Origin: Octopus vulgaris
Taxonomy: Eukaryota
Direction of reading: 5' to 3'
Length of the DNA: 64,000 nt
Assembly: GCA_951406725.2 (NCBI GenBank)
Contig: OX597819.1
Span: 127,534,001 to 127,598,000 of the forward strand
The notes under the pieces were generated by a model. The model had not been told where the DNA came from. It ran no database searches and was given only the letters and a program-made list of their open reading frames with translations. This document shows positions 26,784-40,130 of the stretch, piece after piece; position 1 is the first letter of the stretch, and each line of letters opens with the position of its first letter. The translations under genes were made by a program, and so were the position numbers.

Positions 26784-27108
26784 CGGTATATCATTACGCG
26801 TGTTCCTCGCTGCAAACGCGGATATATGTGTATGAATGTGCTTGTAAATAAAGAAAACAGAATTTTACGGAAGCACGTTGTTCCTTCCTTTCAGTCATCG
26901 CAAAATTCGACGAACAGGAGAGAGGTACTGCGAAACAAAGACGCACTACGTAGCAGCATAACCTCGCAAGACAACGCCAGTCGTCATACTGATGCCTGAG
27001 GTTTTCATCAAGTGGCTTCTAGCAGTAAAATCCTGAACTACAACGGGCTTACTCCACAGAGAACGTTTTCGGTTACTTAGATATATATATCTATATATAT
27101 ATATATAT

Positions 27109-27259
27109 CAAACAAGGATAGACAAAGGGATTAAGTTGATTACATCGAACCCACTGCGTAACTGGTACTTTATTTATCGACCCCGAAAGGATGAAAAGCA
27201 AAGTCGACCTCGGCGGAATTTGAACTCAGAACGTAACGGCAGACGAAATACGGCAGACG

Positions 27260-27307
<48 letters not shown>

Positions 27308-27315
27308 GGCAGACG

Positions 27316-27405
<90 letters not shown>

Positions 27406-27484
27406 GGCAGACGAAATATATATATATATATTTATATATATATATATATAGGTAACATAAGGCGGCGAGCTGGCAGAAACGTTA
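27109..27484 (-). mobile_element. Rearranged SINE family A with (TA)n-interrupted repeats and an inverted head
   Basis: Body 27109-27250 on minus; CGGCAGACGAAAT recurs before (TA)n tracts; plus-strand head GGCGGCGAGCTGGCAGAAACGTTA at 27461-27484. Confidence 0.75.
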
Positions 27485-27512
27485 TATATATATACTTCTA
27501 CTTTTTTATTCT

Positions 27513-27842
27513 TTGATTTCTTTCAGTCATTTTGTCGGTGGCCATGCTGGAGCATTGCCTTTTAGTCGAAGAAATCGAACTCTGAGCTCATTCTTTTTAA
27601 ACCTAGTGCTTATTCTATCATTCTCTTTTGCTGAAACGTTAAGTTACGGGGACGTAAACACACCATCATCGGTTGTCAAGCGAAGTTGTGGGGACAAACA
27701 CAGACACACAAACATATACACACAAATATATACATATATAAACGTCAGGCTTCTTTCAGTTTCCGTGTACCAAATCCACTCACAGGGCTTTGGTCGACCG
27801 AGGCTATAGTAGAAGCTTCTTACCACACAGCTACGGCTGCGC
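27513..27842 (-). mobile_element. SINE family C
   Basis: Reverse complement of 14507-14903 with a deletion in the head. Confidence 0.85.
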
Positions 27843-27945
27843 CACATATGTATATGACATTTTTTCTACGAGTTGTTGTTTTTTTTTAGAAAAGTGGGTT
27901 CGAATCTTACAATTCTGTAAATAATAATAATCATATTTTATATGT

Positions 27946-28117
27946 TTAAAGCTTATAAGCGATCAACGTGTATCGACTAAAGAAATGTAGGTTTTCGACA
28001 GAAAAAAGGCGGGTTTTCCTACGCGTATAGAAAACTCACATTTTTCTTTAGCGAGCTTATATACCCCAATATCAGATTTTCTTCAGTCATTACCCGGTGA
28101 TCGGTTATAAGATTTAA
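27946..28117. repeat. Imperfect inverted repeat, MITE-like
   Basis: 27946-27985 vs 28078-28117 match at 33/40 positions in reverse complement; an inner hairpin is centred on TACGCGTA. Confidence 0.65.
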
Positions 28118-28736
28118 GCTTTTAATAAACACACGCGCCTGCACGCGCATATTTTAAGCGAGAAATTTAGTCGGAGAATACTGTCCACAATTCCATTGTA
28201 TATATATATATGTGTGTCTGTGTTTGTGTATGTCCACACATATATTAATTGTTAACGTGGGGTAAGAGTCTAGTTGGTATCCTATGTTTTTTTTTAAATA
28301 GTTTGGAAATTCAGTCCAAAATTGGTTAGTAGAAATCAACGACCTGGCCTGAGATTTTAAGCGAAATGGTAAACATTAAAGAAATGCATAATTTAGATTG
28401 TGCTTCTAACCATACGAACCTGGAAACACGTGAATGTGAACTGGACTTCTAGTCACGCGTTTTTGCATACGACTATCGAAAAATCTGATGAACTGACGTA
28501 CACGTAGTGTAAATTAACTGAAATAATAGCTCCAAGAAAAATCAAAATCTATTAAGGGTCACAGATTAAGAGCCACAGAATTCTTTTATCATTACTACTG
28601 CCGTTAATATATGATTATTATTATTTTTCTTTTGAAGTCGTTTTCAGCCCCTTGCCTCTTGTGTTGAGCTATGTTTAACAATTTCACTTAGAAAATTTAA
28701 ACGCCCTTTTTAATTTTTTACAAATATTTTATAAAT

Positions 28737-29000
28737 AGGCTTAGCTGAGCAGTAAAAAGCTTGCTTCCTAACCTCATGGTCCTGGGTTCAGTCCCACTGC
28801 ATGTCACCTTGGCCAAGTGTCTTCTAGTATAGTTTCGGACCGACCAAAGTTTTGTGATTGGATGTGGCAGACGGAAACTAGAAGAATCCCCGTCGTATAT
28901 GTGTATGTGTGTGACTTTGTGTTTGTCTTCCCCCACGTTCCCGTAACTTAGCGGTTCGGTAAAAGAGACCGATAGAATAAGTACTAGGCTTACAAAAAAG
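28737..29000 (+). mobile_element. SINE family C (3' truncated)
   Basis: Colinear with 14507-14815. Confidence 0.85.
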
Positions 29001-29552
29001 TCTAATGTGTGAAACAATTACGAAAAAAATTTTTTTTGATACTCATAGCATTAAATATTACTGTTTCTCCTCGCCTACGAATAACGCCTTCGATCAGCAG
29101 AACACTGGAAAGTCTTATGTCATTTAGATTATTGAGCCAAACATTTAAACTAGGAAATTACCTGGAAATAAATTCCCAATCCCTCACTATGTAAGCCATA
29201 TATTTATAGTATGTTTTAGTTTGATCATCATATTCTTACTTAGCGTTTGGCTTTAATATTTCGATTGTTGAAGTTGGTCAAGTATATCGTTGAAATGTGT
29301 ATAAACGACGAGAAATTTGTCAGTAGTTATAATAGGCGTAGTCAAGCATTAAATGCTATGACTGTTTCGTATCGTTTTTGTAATATTTTCTGTAAATACT
29401 TAATTCAAGGGTTGCACAACTGTAAAAGAACGGTAAAAAAAATAGAAATATATTCTTAGACTGGTCGATTTTACGAGGAAAAGCGTTGCTCACAACAGAA
29501 ACTATTGCCATAAAAAAGCACACACACGCACACACACACATGCTTCTATACT

Positions 29553-29591
<39 letters not shown>

Positions 29592-30174
29592 GCGTGTGTG
29601 TGTGTATGAATGTATGTATGTATAAATTTATGTACCTATGACAGTATTTATGAATATATGTAAGCATGCATGCATGTATGTATGTACGTACGTATGTATG
29701 TATGTATGTGTGTAGGTAGGTAGGTAGGAAGGAAGGAAAGAAGGAAGGAAGGAAGGAAGGAAGATGAAGTTCAATGCTTCAGGTAAGGAAGAGAAGAAGA
29801 GATGCTGATTTTTACTGTTATGATATAGTATTATAATACGGTCTCGCTTTCGGCAAGATATCTAAACCAATATGTTTTTTTTTCAAAGGTCTTACCTTCT
29901 AAATCAAATATAAGAAAGTGGTATGAGGCCAGAACTCCTGACACACCGTGATATTTTTATGGCATTTAAGAGAAAGTACATAAACAGATTCCAAATACTT
30001 GAATAAAGTGAGTAGTGAACTGTAAAACTTCACTTTCTACTCTTACTTTGCTTTCGACATTTCGCTGGCTTTTTCCTCTAGTTGCCTTTATTTGTTTTTG
30101 TAGTAGCAAACATTATTTATTTAAACATCTTTGATACATAGAAATAATCTATATAGAACTAATTATATATATAT

Positions 30175-30480
30175 ATCACGTGATCACGTGACCGACCAGA
30201 CCATCAGATGTTGCTACACATCGCTGATCACAATGCGTTCGCATTGTTTTAGCCTTCGAATGACGCCACCCCGCTGGCTAAGCGAGCAGGCCAACAGAAG
30301 AAAGAGTGAGAGAAAGTTGTGGTGAAAGAGTACAGCAGGGATCACCACCCCCTGCCGGAGCCTCGTGGAGCTTTAAGGTGTTTTCGCTCAATAAACACAC
30401 ACAACGCCCGGTCTGGGAATCGAAACCGCGATCCTACGACCGCGAGTTCGCTGCCCTAACCACTAGACCATTGCGCCTCC
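30175..30480 (-). mobile_element. SINE family B
   Basis: Reverse complement of 12491-12805; flanked by AATTATATATATAT on both sides. Confidence 0.9.
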
Positions 30481-31371
30481 ACAATTATATATATATAGCT
30501 AGCGTAAAAGAGTATCAAAATTCTATGTTCTTTTGATTTTCAAAAAAACCTAAAAATTTCGGCAGCGGGCGAAAAGAAAAGACAAATTGTTAGGCTGCCT
30601 TATGTTCATTAAGTTTTGGCCTTACATCTGATGGCTTAATAAAATCCATGTACAATGCATAGTACCGTATTATGCATGGATTTCACTTTTTATAGAAATA
30701 TACTATTCATGTTCTGAAATTTTACTATCTACATATTTTTTAATCACCAATTTATTTTATATGTATAAAAGAAATATTTTGCATTATAGTGAAGTGTCTG
30801 CTCTTTAATATTCAGAGAATACTGTCCACAATTCTACTGTATATGTATGTGCCTGTGTTTGTGTATGTCCACACATATATTATACGCTTACGTGGGGTCA
30901 AGAACCTTGTTGGTACCCTAAGTTTTGTCAGAACGTGTTATTATACAAGACATAGATTCTTTTAGACAATCTCGACAATCGAAACTGGGATGTGTGATAT
31001 AAATTGTAGCATATCAAACATGGAATTTTACTGTACTTGTGTTTACTCAGTCAACTGTATATACCTTCCACTTACAAAATTTAGTTTTACGCATCCTGAC
31101 GGTAAAAATTATACAAAGTTAACGCGATCATTTTCAATGCATTAGTTTTAGAGAAATAGGAAAATGACATTAATTTTATGCAACTCACAAGTTAAGAATA
31201 CTGTATGCGAACTAAAGTACCTGAAATCAGAAAACTAGACAAAGTGTTTAATTCAAGTGCGTGCAAAATCCATGGTAGAATTAGCATAAATGAAAGCGAA
31301 AAATCATATTTAAAGATATATTTCTTAACATCATAGTTCATAATACATGCTTTTGACAAAACTGCGTCATG

Positions 31372-31415
<44 letters not shown>

Positions 31416-31425
31416 CGAGTCGATA

Positions 31426-31456
<31 letters not shown>

Positions 31457-33345
31457 ACTCGGATTTTACAAAGAAACACCAAATTCTGCGTATAAGTGGT
31501 TATAGATAGTGTACACCAATCATAGATATAACGAAGCTGTGTATGGTGAAGCGACTCGAATTACAGTCTCTAATCTCATGGACTTGGATTGAAATACCAC
31601 TAAATCCTGCACAATAAGTATGAGTATATTTTTATACAAATAATTAGTTTCTTATCGTTAGAAATTATTTCAAATTAATAATTTTAAATTTTTTATAGAA
31701 ACCACAATATCGAGAGACAGAATACAGTAAAATATAACGACACCAATTCTCGACAAGTTCCTAACTTTACTGACACCGGATTAAATGCTGTAATGCGTGC
31801 AGTCTGACGTTTTTTCTGATTCTGACAAAACACCCGCCGTGTATTAACTGAGATAACTTTTTACTCTATTCTATTTATATTGCTGTGACACAACTTCAGC
31901 GATTTAAATTCGACTAAAGTTGATGAAGCAGTTCTTTCATCCATATGAAATTGATAAATTCAAAATAAGAGGAAAATATTTGAGATAGGCACATATTGAA
32001 TTGAATGGGGCACACCAGACCTGTAACCCAGCTTAAAATCATCATTTGTCCCTTGGCTGTTTTAACGAGACATTTTTACTCGGCGACGGATGATATTCTC
32101 GGTGAAAAGCTAACTCGATATCTCGGTATTCTAAACCGTTGCATCCTACTGCAGCAAGTTATGAGTTGCTATGAATTGTGATTTCTTCCGCCCTTTCCCT
32201 CTCCCCGGTCTCGGAGGCCTTGCAAAGGTCATGTATGTTGCCCTTCCTCCTTTGACTAAGCCATAAAAAAAAATGAGACGAGCCTATTAAACTGCATGGC
32301 TTGGATTGGCTGTTTTAATATCGTTTTAAGCTTTGTCATATTTCTTTGAAGCTAACTACGAAACAAAGATCATCTCCCAATTATGCATTTCATTTAAAAG
32401 AATACAATGCCAATAACACGAGAGTATTTGTTCCTTCTCTACTTTTTGTTTTTCTCTTTTTCGGTTTCCAACCTCGAATATTCTTAATAACATTTTGACT
32501 TATCCTTCTTTTGTTATCTAGAATAAAGATCTGTATTCGTTCATTTCATGTACGCATCGCATTTTCATAAAATGAACATGCAATACTAAGACAGTGTATG
32601 TAAAACACCTAAGAACTTTCTACAAGTAACGCGATATAAGATGGCAACGCATGAAATGAAACGGTTGATGCGTTCTATCCGTAGCCATTCGGCCATTGCA
32701 AAGCTGAAAGCGCAAATAATAACATGGCGAAAGTAGTTCGAATGAGTAAATGTGTAGACGTTTGCAAAGCTGTATTGAAATCATCACACTGATCGTTTCT
32801 TGTATTTGTTTGTTTGTTTGTTTACTGTCGTGTCACGTAGATCATTAGCATATCTCTTATGAAATCTGGCAAGGAATCTTATACCTTATTTTCCCATAAA
32901 TATTTGACCTATGATATCATGTGGAAAATAAGAGTTGTTGACAGATGAAACAGATTTCTGATTTAGAACAAAATGATACCTTGTTAACGTAGATGTAAGT
33001 TTAACATAACTACACTCTTGGGCAGTCATTCGAGAACAAAAAAAAAGGTAAAAACTACGAATAAAAAACAAAATACAGAAAAAAGGATATGTCGAAAAGA
33101 CGTGGTGTTGGTTATTCTTGTGAAAACATCAATATAACACCAGTGAGTATATGTGTATACGTGTGATGGAACATTTATATACGTGCATGCGTTTGTGTGT
33201 ATGTATATAATATGTATATATATATATACATATATAATATAAATATATATATATACATATATATACATATATATGGGTATATATATATATATATATATAT
33301 GTATGTACATATATGCATATATATAGATATACATATATAAATATG

Positions 33346-33418
<73 letters not shown>

Positions 33419-33631
33419 ATATATTTATATATATACATATACATACACGCAGCGTGGGCCAAAAGACATGCAGCAAAACTCTTGCCATTTTATTCATATT
33501 ACGTTGTTATTCATTTTGTTCCTGTGCAAATACGTGTACAGGCTTCATTATTTTATTTATTTCATTCAATTTTAGAAAAATTGAAGCATGTCTTTGACAA
33601 TTTCAGACTGTACTGAACATATTTTGGCCCA

Positions 33632-33677
<46 letters not shown>

Positions 33678-33863
33678 CGTATATATGTATGTATGTATGC
33701 ATGTTGGTATGTATTCATGTATGTATATATATATGTATATATATATATAGTAGTAACAGAAAGGAGGAATTTCGATTATCCCTACGTGGTGAGTTGTAAT
33801 GTATATAAGAAATTAAGAAAGGAAAATACACACACTTTACATAGTTTTAATACACTTTTTAAT

Positions 33864-33898
33864 ATATCGACCGGTTTCGCTATCGATATTCATGATAT
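33864..33898 (-). ncRNA. Minimal type I hammerhead-like motif with A3:U8 core
   Basis: AUAUC-AUGAAUA-UCGAUAGC-GAAA-CCGG-UC-GAUAU. 5-bp stem I, palindromic stem III, GUC triplet; stem II essentially unpaired. Confidence 0.35.
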
Positions 33899-34430
33899 TA
33901 TTTTTCTATCTATTTGAATATGCATTTTCTTAAGAATAAATTTTGTCCATGTCCTACGTGATGATATTTACGAGTGAATGACTTCGGAAGTAGAAAAACA
34001 AGGGGAGGTAATTGGTTATCATCATTATTGTTATTGTTGTGGGTAAGGGAGATAACTGTTCAGCTTCTTGGAATGGAAGGAGAATATATATGTACAGACA
34101 AAAACACAACGCCTAATGACCTAATGATACATCTTTTCTACCCTTCTGATGAGATTTTTGCCAGATATAATGATTTAATTATTGTAATTTAATCTTTTAG
34201 GCTAAATTGAAATAGCTGTAAAAGAAAATGTTGGATTTTTGCAGATAATAGATTTTATTAATGCTATATCTCCATTTTCTAAATTTTCTTTTGTATATAT
34301 ATGTGTGTGTGTGTGTGTGTAAAATTAATATAGGTTGCAATGTGTCTATATCAATTTACCAAAACCCAAATCTATAATTGCCATTAAATATGACTAAGGT
34401 GTTAGAAACACCTATGTTGTTAGGAATATA

Positions 34431-34684
34431 AGGCGGCGAGCTGGCAGAAAAGCTGTTGTTAGGAATATAAAGCGGCGAGCTGGCGAAATGCGTAGCCGTA
34501 TTTCGTCTGCTGCTACATTCTAAATTCAAATTCCACCGAGGTCGACTTTGACTTTCATCCTTTCGGGGTCGATAAATTAAGTACCGGTTACGCACTGGGG
34601 TCGATATAATCGACTTAATCCGTTTGTCTGTCCTTGTTTGTCCCCTCTGTGTTTAGCCCCTCGTGGGCAGTAAAGAAATATATA
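34431..34684 (+). mobile_element. SINE family A with duplicated head
   Basis: TSD TTGTTAGGAATA at 34417-34428 / 34685-34696; head and flank duplicated at 34454-34483. Confidence 0.88.
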
Positions 34685-34790
34685 TTGTTAGGAATAAGAG
34701 CTAAAATGTTCTAATGCTGCAGTCAAGGCACATAATTGCATACACATACTGACAGGGACTATAATCGCCTGAAAATACCCATCGAGAATT

Positions 34791-34841
34791 CCCTATACTG
34801 ACCGGTCAGTTTCAGCAATCTCCGTTCCCTCATCAGTAAGG
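34791..34841 (-). ncRNA. Type I hammerhead ribozyme motif (canonical core)
   Basis: CCUUA-CUGAUGA-GGGAACGGAGAUUGCU-GAAA-CUGACCGGUCAG-UA-UAGGG. Stem I CCUUA/UAGGG, 12-nt palindromic stem III, GUA triplet; one mismatch in stem II. Confidence 0.7.
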
Positions 34842-35239
34842 ACTGGCTCAATTTCGGCCGATTCCCGCCTTAATTCTCTCTGTCAGTAAATATGTTTGCA
34901 CCATAAAAATCTATGGATAATTTAGCAAATCGCTAATATGTATACAGAGGCAGCAGTCTACAATGTTTTACCAATGAAGAAAACTACAGTTGTCATTAAA
35001 TATGACTAGGGTGTTAGAAACACCTACATTGCTAGAAATAAGAGCTAAACTTCTATAATGCGGTAGTCAAAGCACATAATTGCGTGCATATATATACTGA
35101 TAGGGACTATAATTGTCCGTCAGCCGGAAGTTATAGCGTAAGGCACTGCAACGAAGTGCCATGCAGCAGGACTGAACCCGGAACCATGTGGTTTGGACAT
35201 AAGCTTCTTACCACACAGCCACACCTGCGCCTATATATA

Positions 35240-35316
<77 letters not shown>

Positions 35317-35979
35317 TCATATTTTGTTCGCCAAAGGCCCTTTAATAAACACATTCGTCGAAAGATCCTACAGGTGCTTACACTGGAAAAGACACACCTT
35401 TCATTCATATAAATAGTGACTAATATAGATAACCCCTCGAATTCCCAAAACATTTTTTGCTATATTTCACCCCAATAGTCAAAAAAGATTTTCTTATATT
35501 CCCAATTACTACTATCCATTCTTGCGTTGCCTCTCACCTCGCCCGATTCTTTCTCCCTTTCGCTATCTACTTTCCTTTCCCTACAGTAAACATAATCGAA
35601 CACACAGATACAGACCTTTCAACTCACAGCTGTCAGTTTTCTGACTTCTACCCATCCACAAACACAATCACGCATTCAGACACACACATACACACATTAA
35701 GACAGTTATATACAGTCACACACACAGGCACTCATTCACAAAAGAATACATTTAAACCCACCATTCTTTTGACCTGCACTCTCTCACCTTACTATTCTTA
35801 TGCCTCCCTCCTCCTACTTCGTTTGAACTCTTGAACCTTTAGAAACTTCTAGATTCTTCTATATTCAGCCACTCCGACGTCACTCATTATAAAGAGACAC
35901 TCATTATCGCCATGGGCTCCTTGAGAGAGGTCAGCTAAAAGTTTTTTTGTGCATTTTGATGTCGACATAAGTTTCCTTG

Positions 35980-36064
35980 ATTTTCCTGAAGAGAAATCTG
36001 CATAATGTACTCCTTATTCCTTCGGAATTAGGAATATGCAGCCTTCGAAACATATGTCGAGAAT
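35980..36064 (+). ncRNA. Type I hammerhead ribozyme motif (canonical core, long stem II)
   Basis: AUUUUC-CUGAAGA-GAAauCUGCAUA...UAUGCAGccUUC-GAAA-CAUAUG-UC-GAGAAU; predicted cleavage after C36058. Confidence 0.75.
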
Positions 36065-36120
36065 AAAGGACATTTGTTAACTAGTCGTTCAACTGCATTC
36101 TTTCAGATACTTATAATTTT

Positions 36121-36184
<64 letters not shown>

Positions 36185-36742
36185 CACATATATACATACA
36201 TATAATTGCCGATTTTCTTTCAAATTTAGCCAAAAAACCTTTTATCATTAATTAATAAATCTAAGGATAGCAAAAATCTTTTTTTTAAGCTTCCTTGCTA
36301 CCAGTGGTCAAGCGAGAAGGAAAAATTAGTCAATAGACTATATATTATTCATAGAAAAATACAGTGTACATTTAAACAAAAAAGAGATTACCATAATAGG
36401 ACATCTGACTCACTAGAAAGAGCAGTTAAACTCCAAACCACTAATAGTTGTAATTCTGAAAGGGAATGAGAAATAAAAACCTTTACCTTATCTTTCCTGG
36501 ACTATGCAAGTTTCGGCATAATAAAATTATTTATATACATACATACATACATACATACATACATACATACATACATACATACTTACATACATACATAGAT
36601 ACATACATACATACATACATGCATGCATGCATGCATGCATGCATGCATACATACATACATACATATATACATGCATACATGCATGCATGCATACATACAT
36701 ACATGCATGCATGCATACATACATACATACATATATATATAT

Positions 36743-36826
<84 letters not shown>

Positions 36827-36949
36827 ATCGATTAAGGAAACAGAAGATGGATTTGGTATAACTCTTTAATTTGTTTCCAGTGCTTTACTCAACACATCAG
36901 CACACTAATTGACATATACCCATTATTCCAAAATATTACATCCATCCAT

Positions 36950-36988
<39 letters not shown>

Positions 36989-36990
36989 TT

Positions 36991-37036
<46 letters not shown>

Positions 37037-37100
37037 GGATAGATACCCTCAGGTAAAAGTAACTGGAAACGTTCTTTGTGGGACAAAGTAGCTGTAGTTC

Positions 37101-37356
<256 letters not shown>

Positions 37357-37386
37357 TTAGAGACAAAACCACTATTATTATTATCA

Positions 37387-37458
<72 letters not shown>

Positions 37459-37631
37459 TACACATATATATATATAGGGAGTTTAGTTCAAAGGTGATCT
37501 AAACGATTAGGTACGCTAGGTAAGTGCTGCAGCGGATTATTATTATTATCGTCATTATCGTTATCAGCATCGCAGTTGTGATTATTGTTATTATTATTAT
37601 TATCATTATTATTATCATTATTATTATTATT

Positions 37632-38186
37632 GAGTGAGAGAGCAGTTCATGCCATCAAAGTGACACTGGGGTAATATACGAAGCCCAGTATACCCATCAT
37701 GACTACCCGTCTGATAAGGGGACACCAGGCACATGCATCACAATCATATGTGCGCGACATGGTGATCTCATATCACGATAAACAGCGCATGATCTTGCAG
37801 GTGGGGCCCAGTTAGAATTTTCTTCAGGTCGAGTAGCCCATCCTGCTCAAAAGGTCCCTGAATAAGGATTGTTTAAGGATGTTGAACGAAACACCCATGT
37901 TTCCAGAGGTGAATTATTCAAAACTCAAAGAATCCCTCTCAACACATGGCTATGATGCTCCCCCACTACTTCTGCTCGTGATCAGAGATGCACATATCGT
38001 CAGCCACCAAGGGACATGCTCAACTGGTTAAGGTCAAACAACTGACAAGCAAATCTGTGGTAATGAGCAGAATATTTGCTGTAGCCCATCTTTTATACCA
38101 AGACAAAACAATGTACATGATGACACTTCCAAACAGTTAAGATCAGAAGCCATGAGAGCCACTGCCTGGTACTGCATCAGGGCATC
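37632..38186. mobile_element. Interspersed non-coding repeat embedded in (ATT)n, possibly a non-autonomous LINE derivative
   Basis: GC-richer island flanked on both sides by (ATT)n; second copy at 2120-2290; no ORF. Confidence 0.6.
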
Positions 38187-38218
38187 TTTTATTATTATTA
38201 TTATTATTATTATTTTTA

Positions 38219-38318
<100 letters not shown>

Positions 38319-38679
38319 CAGCAGCAGCAGCTATGTAATATCATTGGTAGGAGTGTTAGTAAAAGTACTATTTTCAGTGATGGTAATATTGCCGTTGGTG
38401 TTAGTATTAATATTATTGCTAGTCCTATTAATAGCTGAAGTATATATATATTATTAGTTGTAGTGGTTATAATATAATTAGTATTGTTAGTATCAGTGTA
38501 CCCATTAGTGTTTACGTCGGTTTCATCTGTGCACCCATTACCCTCCGATGTGAGGACTATATTATGTATGTTTAAGTGGCCGGGCCAGGAGTATTAGATA
38601 TGTTATTACGATCGGTGTAAGTATTTTCATTGTGTATGTCTATGGTAGGGTTGTATGTGTTTAGATAGTAAGAGCTAAG

Positions 38680-40130
38680 TTTACATTTATTAGATGAGGT
38701 GATAATAGATTCTATATTTGGTGTAGATGAATAGGATAATTCAAAGTGGTTCTGTTAAAGATAGAATGATTACGTGTGAAATTGGATTCCATTATTTTCA
38801 AGATTGCTTTAGCGAGGCCCTTAATGTTTAAAGTGAATGTAGGTGTATACCAGAGAATAGATCTCCCACCGCTTTTATTAGGCAAGTGTGGAGAGGTGTA
38901 ATTCCTAGTGAATGTTAGAGGAGAGTTGGAAGGGCTAGTATTAATATTAGTGTTCGTAGATCGAGTGTTGTACGTGAGGTGCCAGGTGGGCGAGATGGTC
39001 TGATTGTAGTAGAAGGGTTTCGATTTCCAATATCTGTGCGCGTTTGTTTAGAGCTAAGTCTCAGGAGGTGTTCCTTAAGTCTAGATATGAATCTAATATT
39101 CTGGAATAAACCACTGGCAGCTACAGCTTGGTTATAGTAATTGGTGTAGTTATTGAAGATTTATTCATTGGCAGATAGATCAGATGTTCTGATGGATATG
39201 CCTTTGATTATGCTTTTGAAAATAGATTTATGGTGGCTATATTCTTTGTTGATGTATTTAAGGTATTGATTGGATTTATGATATGGGAAGTGAGGAGTTT
39301 AGATCTAAAGTAACATCTAGAAAATTTGCTGTCCTGTGAGAGTTTTCGAAAGAGACAGATACGTTAAAGTTGGCGAAGAATCTATGTAAGTGTTTTCTTG
39401 GTTTTTTTCTAATGCAGATTTTGTTAGGCCGGTTGTAATTAATAATCCGTCATCCCTATATAAACCCCCTTTGATATGGAGAAATTATGTGTGAAGCTGT
39501 TGAAGGAGTTACAATCCGACTAGATCCGTGACCTGAGCCGAGTCGGATGAACCCATGGTTATATCAAAGAAGTTGCTTCTGTTAGTATTGAGGGACCAAA
39601 GCTTATTATCGAAGGATATGAGGGTCTGTCTCGCAGGTAGAATTGCATCAATTTCTAAGGTTATGTTGGTTAGGCTTTTAGCTAAGGTAAGGGCGTTTTT
39701 ATGAAGGACAGGTGATATGGAGGCGTAGTAATTATTAATGTCAAATTGTCAGAAAGAGGGTGTGTTTTTGTTTTGAAGCAGCTAGGACCAGGTGGTTACC
39801 TCGCCTGTGCAGGACGTTTACATTTAGTTTCTCTCTAATAGAGGGTATGAATCTGTCTAGTATATTTTTGCTGATTCATCCTAAATCCAATTTGGTGGGG
39901 CAAATGAGTCTAATACGGGGTTTGGTTAACAAGTTTGGTTTATGGTCCTTAAGGTTGAAGTGTGGTATTCTTGGGTTGTAAGGCTCAGTGCGATCATCGA
40001 CTTCGAGTGTATTTACAAGCTTGCATTGGTTGGTATTGATGGTATCCAGTGCTGATTGTGGGTCTGTCCTATAGGATTTGTGTAGCTCCTTCCTAATAAG
40101 TTCAAGATATTCCTCGATGGTAAGAAGGTA
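38680..40130 (-). mobile_element. Degenerate Penelope-like element RT (Naiad-like motifs)
   Basis: Minus-strand peptides LKDHKPN...RIRLICPTKLDLG, FDINNYYASI, FDITMGSSDSAQVTDLVG, GLYRDDGL, NFLDVTLDL, WYTPTF and LSYSSTPNIESII, with many stops and frameshifts. Confidence 0.78.

Larger units (their letters stand above)
34340..35115 (-). repeat. Partial tandem duplication (~344-bp unit) carrying a hammerhead; the first copy is interrupted by a SINE
   Basis: CATTAAATATGACTA.GGTGTTAGAAACACCTA...AGAGCTAAA...AGTCAA.GCACATAATTGC...ACTGA.AGGGACTATAAT occurs at 34382-34765 (with SINE) and 34994-35113 (empty). Confidence 0.8.

Noticed and set aside
31690-32860. Repeat-poor unique stretch, possible regulatory or conserved element
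   Set aside because: No ORF, structure or motif I can support from the sequence alone.
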